DNA from: the human T2T-CHM13v2.0 reference genome, Homo sapiens
Strand: one strand, 5' to 3'
DNA length: 64,000 nt
Assembly: GCF_009914755.1 (NCBI RefSeq)
Contig: NC_060929.1
The notes under the pieces are model-generated. The model searched no databases. It worked only from the letters and a program-made list of their open reading frames with translations, and was not told the origin of the DNA. Shown here piece after piece: positions 59,679-64,000 of this stretch; within the stretch, counting starts at the first letter, position 1, and each line of letters opens with the position of its first letter. The translations under genes were made by a program, and so were the position numbers.

Positions 59679-62600
59679 TACTAGAGCTACTTTAATCAAT
59701 GTGGATTTACCTCAAAAGCATAATGTTGAGGGAAAAAAAAGACAAAGCATGGTATAGTGCATATGATACTATTTGCAGAAAGCTTAAATGCCTGAGAAAC
59801 AATCCTATATAATGTGTATGGCTATACATATGCATAGTAAAAGTATTTAACCATATACATGAGAATAATAAACACTAGTTTCACGACCCTAGTTAACCCT
59901 GGGGAAAAAGTGAAGGAAGTGGATGTGGAATGCGCTTCTTGATTGTAGCTGTGGGACTTTTTTTTTTTTTGTCTTTAATAGTAAAGATTGAAACAAAATG
60001 GTAAGAGCAATAAAGCTGAGTGGTTAGTACAAAGGAATTTGTTACTACATTCTCTATTTTGCTAATATGTTTGAAATGTTTCTCAGTAAAACGAAAATAA
60101 CACAATAATTAAAAAAATAAAATGATTGCTGCCACCTATTTGTAACCCATTTACTATGGAAATCAATTTGGCAATAAGTTAATATTATCTGGTAATTTGG
60201 TATAAGTCAATTATCAGAATATTTATATTCTTTGAACCTAGAAATTTCACACAGAAATTAAAACTGAGGAGACCATTTTTTTACACAGGTCCCTAAATGC
60301 TCATCAGAAGAACAGCAATAAGGAATTGGTTAAGGAAATTTTACTTTATCTTTTCAGCAAATTAAATGCATCCTTAAAATTGATAGCTATGAAGATTATC
60401 TAACACATGAAAAAGTATCCGTATTGTGATAAGTGAAAATATGTGTGTAATGTACATAAATGCATCCATATACACACACCTATATACATCTATGATTAGA
60501 AAAAAATGCACTGAAAGGAAAGAAAAGCAAAGTAGCAAAAGTGCATGTGTTAGAGTGGTGACAATTTTTCATGTTTCAGTAATGTGTTTAACTTACTTTT
60601 ACAGTGTAGAAAGTTTTAGCCTAAATAAAATAAAAATCCATCACTGAATGATTCAGTGTTTCAGGCAACCTTCCAATGTTACATTTAGCAATGTGTGTCC
60701 TGTGTGAATAATAGCATTTCATTCTCTATGTTTGAGAGTATTACAGTAGATATGCTGCTGTCTTTCTCCTTTGCCAGAGTAAGATTCGCCCTCACTCAAA
60801 CAAACAGTGTGGCTGAAGTTCAGGTGAGCATGTGAGCATTGTGATCTTTTCCATTAAGGCTTAGTAATCAGAGTGACATTTACCTAGGTAGGTGGAAGTG
60901 CTGCTGAAGGCTTAGGCTGTAACAAAACCAAATGTCTGATTTACATCTGGTGAGAATGTCCAATTTCCTAGCTGACTTCAGATGTCTTTTTATGATCACT
61001 GCACACATCAGCCACTTATCTCTTGATTCCTGATGTTCTGAAATATTGTGTGTGTGATGCAAAGGGTCCATTCTATCTTGAAACAGAAGTGAGTGGAGGA
61101 TGTTCTCTTGTTTCTTTCAGGAGTCCCTGCCATCAGCACTGGCTGTTTCATTCCATGGTGCCCTGAGACAAATGACTTAGAGCTTAAACTTGTACTTCAT
61201 AGAAAGATGAGAACAAAGGGGATGACAAATCAACAAAGTATTTATATCTATAGTCACAATGACTTCATTTTCCTCCTGTTGCTCCTCAAGGGAAATTTTT
61301 TTCACCCACTTATTTTCTGCTTAAATTGCCTTCACCTAACTCCAAGCCCAGTCCCCGACCCTGAGCAGTGGTGGGCAGTATGTTTGGAAATGCTAGAGGC
61401 AGTGGTAGGAATGGCAGGACTGACTCTCCTATCAACACCACTCATGGCTGCTGCCACAGACTGCACCTTTGACCTTGATAGATTTCCAGAGGGTTAGTTA
61501 GCATTGTTAAATATCACATAATTTAATTTTATTCTTATGAATTCTAAAAGCTAACCTTGGCTTTCTGTGCTGAAATGGGGAAAGAAAGAAGTTGATAATA
61601 CAAAAATTGTTTATAAGGTTGATGGTGCACAACTCTCAGGGGTGGGAAAGCCAGTGCAGGTGCTGCAGAGACCTGGTATGTGAGAGGGAAGCCTGTGGGA
61701 GAGTAGGCCATGGTCTTCTGCTCCATTCACTTGCTTCAGTTTTCTTCCCTTTTGCTACATCACCAATTCTGGCACATCACTCTGCAGCTGTCCTAGTTTT
61801 GCAGGTTGCAGTTACAGCCTAGAGGCAAGAAGTTTCAGAACAGACTTGGACGTGACCCAAAGGAGAAAGAGAGGTAGAGGCTTTTGCATATGGCAATATT
61901 ACTAAAGCCCCCTAAATGAGTGATATAGCCCCAAGTATTCAGCAGGCCCTGACCCCTGCCTTCACAGGGCTTGGGAAAGTTCATCCAGCACTGCAGCAGA
62001 GATTCCATGCTCCTCAAATGTCCACGTACCCCTCCATAATTGCCAGCCTCCCTTTGCAGTTAGATGGTGCCCATGTGACTAACGCCAACCAACGAGATGT
62101 GAGTGGAAGTGACTTGCAGCACTTCCAGGCCAAGGCTGTCAACAGAGCCAGGGTGCCTCTCCCATCTTTCTTTCCTTACGGGGCAAGCTGGAAGCCATGT
62201 GTTTTGTATGTCTTATGTAGGAAATGAAGCAGAGTCTTCTAACCTGCTTCAGGCATACAGTGGGTTAAAAATCAACCTTCATTGTGTTGAATTACTAAGA
62301 TTTCAATTTTTTTGTTCTTGTGGCAGAACTTATCCCATCCTGACTAGTACATGGCAGCAAGTGAATCTCTCCAGTGCTTGATTTTGTGAGAGTAAGCTAC
62401 TCCTCTGCTATATGTATAAAAATGAATAAACAGGAGATGGAGAAAGAGCACTGGGTTAGGAATCAGAAGAGCTGGTTGTGGTTTGAATTTGGCCATGATT
62501 TATGGTACACATTTGAGGAGTTGTTCCACTTTTGTGGTCTTCAGGTTCTCAACCAGAGCATTGGTTGTTAATGCTTTTTGTTTGACACGTAACGAAACAT

Positions 62601-62857
62601 TCAAACAAAGGTTTTACTGAAAACTTTTATCAACTTTTTTATCAGCTCTATAAAAGGCCAGTATATAGAGCTGATAAAAGAAAAACTGCCTCTCTTCAAA
62701 CCATGCCCATGTTCACTGTCCGCAGAGGCCCCTGGCCATCTCAGTGGAGCCCTGCAGATCCATGGGCAGAGAGCACAAAGCAAATCACTGGTGTAATCAC
62801 CTCTACAAACTGCTCTGAGGCTGGCATGGCTTCATAGTGAGAGCAGCTGTTTCTCAC

Positions 62858-62996
62858 CTGTCCCGCAGGTCACACTGCACTCTGTCCAGTGGCCGTACTG
62901 CCAGAAGTACATCTGCTGCTCAACATCATTGTCAAGGCCATCTTTCTGGATTGTGTACTCATACTTGATGCCAGGGTTAGTCACCTGGAATAGAAG
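62858..62996 (-). CDS. ADAMTS12: ADAMTS12 coding exon (139 bp; end of spacer-1 and start of TSR): [46 protein letters not shown](G)
   Basis: Manual translation of minus strand; acceptor ctcttgccttttag|CTT, donor ACAG|gtgaga; phase 0 to 1; WxxW and CSVTCG TSR motifs; not in the ORF track. Confidence 0.95.
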
Positions 62997-63130
62997 CTAA
63001 AAGGCAAGAGAGGGGTCATGTCAAACTGTCATGACTTTATACCATAAGCCAGTCATGTAAAAACACCACAAAATGTCAGTCATCTAAAATTAGTAATGGG
63101 AGCATGCATTGGAATAAAGCCATTAAATAG

Positions 63131-63218
63131 ATCTATACCTATGTCTGTGCCTATGTCTATACCTATGTCTGTGTCTAAGTTCATATCTATATATCTACAT
63201 CTACCTCTATAGCTATAT
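63131..63218 (+). repeat. Degenerate hexamer-based repeat (ctatac/ctatgt/ctgtgc)
   Basis: Seen directly; 12/24-bp higher-order period in the first half. Confidence 0.75.
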
Positions 63219-63369
63219 ATTTTCCATCTAATTAGTTCTTGGCCGGATTCCCATGGGAATTTCAGTTCACATAAATGAGGAGATCAAATCATATGGGGAG
63301 TACTCTGTGGAAATGGCAAGGAGTATCCTTTCCAACAATAGGCCGATAGGTTACTTTGTGTTCTTATGC

Positions 63370-63520
63370 ACTTACCAGCTTTGTGAATATAGGTAAGTGC
63401 CACAGTTTGCCCATATACAAAGTGGGGATAATAAATAGTGCCTATTTGTAGGATTGTTGTGAGGGTTAAATGAGTAAACACATGGAAAGTGGTTAGAACA
63501 GTGGCTCAGCGAATGTTAAC
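63370..63520. mobile_element. MIR
   Basis: ggggataataaatagtgcctatttgtaggattgttgtgagggttaaatgag. Confidence 0.7.
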
Positions 63521-64000
63521 TTGTATTATGTTTGTTATTGTTGTCTTACGATGGCTTTCCCTACCTCTCAGGCTACTCAGTATCTTTAACAAATAGTAGT
63601 TCTGAGCTAACAATGGTCATGGACTTTAACTTAGGTATGCTGCTCTTGGGATCTTCCCCTTACTTCCCTCTCATGCAGGCAATCTACTTATCACATGTTT
63701 AAAATTGATTCACCTTAAACATAGAGGCATTGGATTGGTTGCTCCCTGGGACTGGGGATTCCCATGTGTTAATCCTTGCCTGTGTCAGAAGCAAAGTCTC
63801 CCGACACTCATGGATCACAACTGCCACGCTTGACCTTCAGCTTCTGTGAGTGCTCTGATCTCTGGCTCGAAAAGGATGTCTCTCTAACTTTAGACTGTGG
63901 CTGGATCTAACTCCTTGGCCATCTCTCATCCTCAATCTGCCTTGCTGCTATCGGTATATTCATTCCACTCCTTTTCTACAGTTCTGTGCCCAATATGAAA

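Noticed and set aside
61093-62227. ORFs of 76-134 aa
   Set aside because: Non-ATG starts, no motifs, partly overlapping MaLR-like relic sequence.

Overview
Mammalian, almost certainly human, AT-rich genomic DNA packed with primate repeats (Alu, L1PA, THE1, LTR18, MER1). The whole window lies inside ADAMTS12, transcribed on the minus strand. Five GT-AG coding exons (62858-62996, 44541-44667, 37207-37417, 24662-25768, 9635-9787) splice in frame to give the end of spacer-1, TSR repeats, the Ser/Thr/Pro-rich mucin-like spacer-2 (one 1107-bp exon) and the next TSR. From memory these are roughly exons 16-20 of 24. The introns hold a near-full-length, retrotransposition-dead L1PA3-like element antisense to the gene, solo LTRs, DNA-transposon relics and about 17 Alus. 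I found no support for a wholly new gene or system. The most unusual features are: (i) a scrambled local duplication (three blocks, ~89-93% identity) whose largest block is a 232-bp direct repeat bracketing the in-frame-deletable mucin exon; (ii) an L1 antisense promoter/ORF0 with both splice donors intact, pointing at the next ADAMTS12 exon, in an element lacking its 5' YY1 site; (iii) a tail-less internal L1 fragment with a TSD inserted, inverted, into the homologous position of an older L1; (iv) flank-templated insertions at retroelement 5' junctions. Repeat subfamily names come from recalled consensus sequences. Alignments were done by eye, and repeat boundaries without a TSD are approximate.
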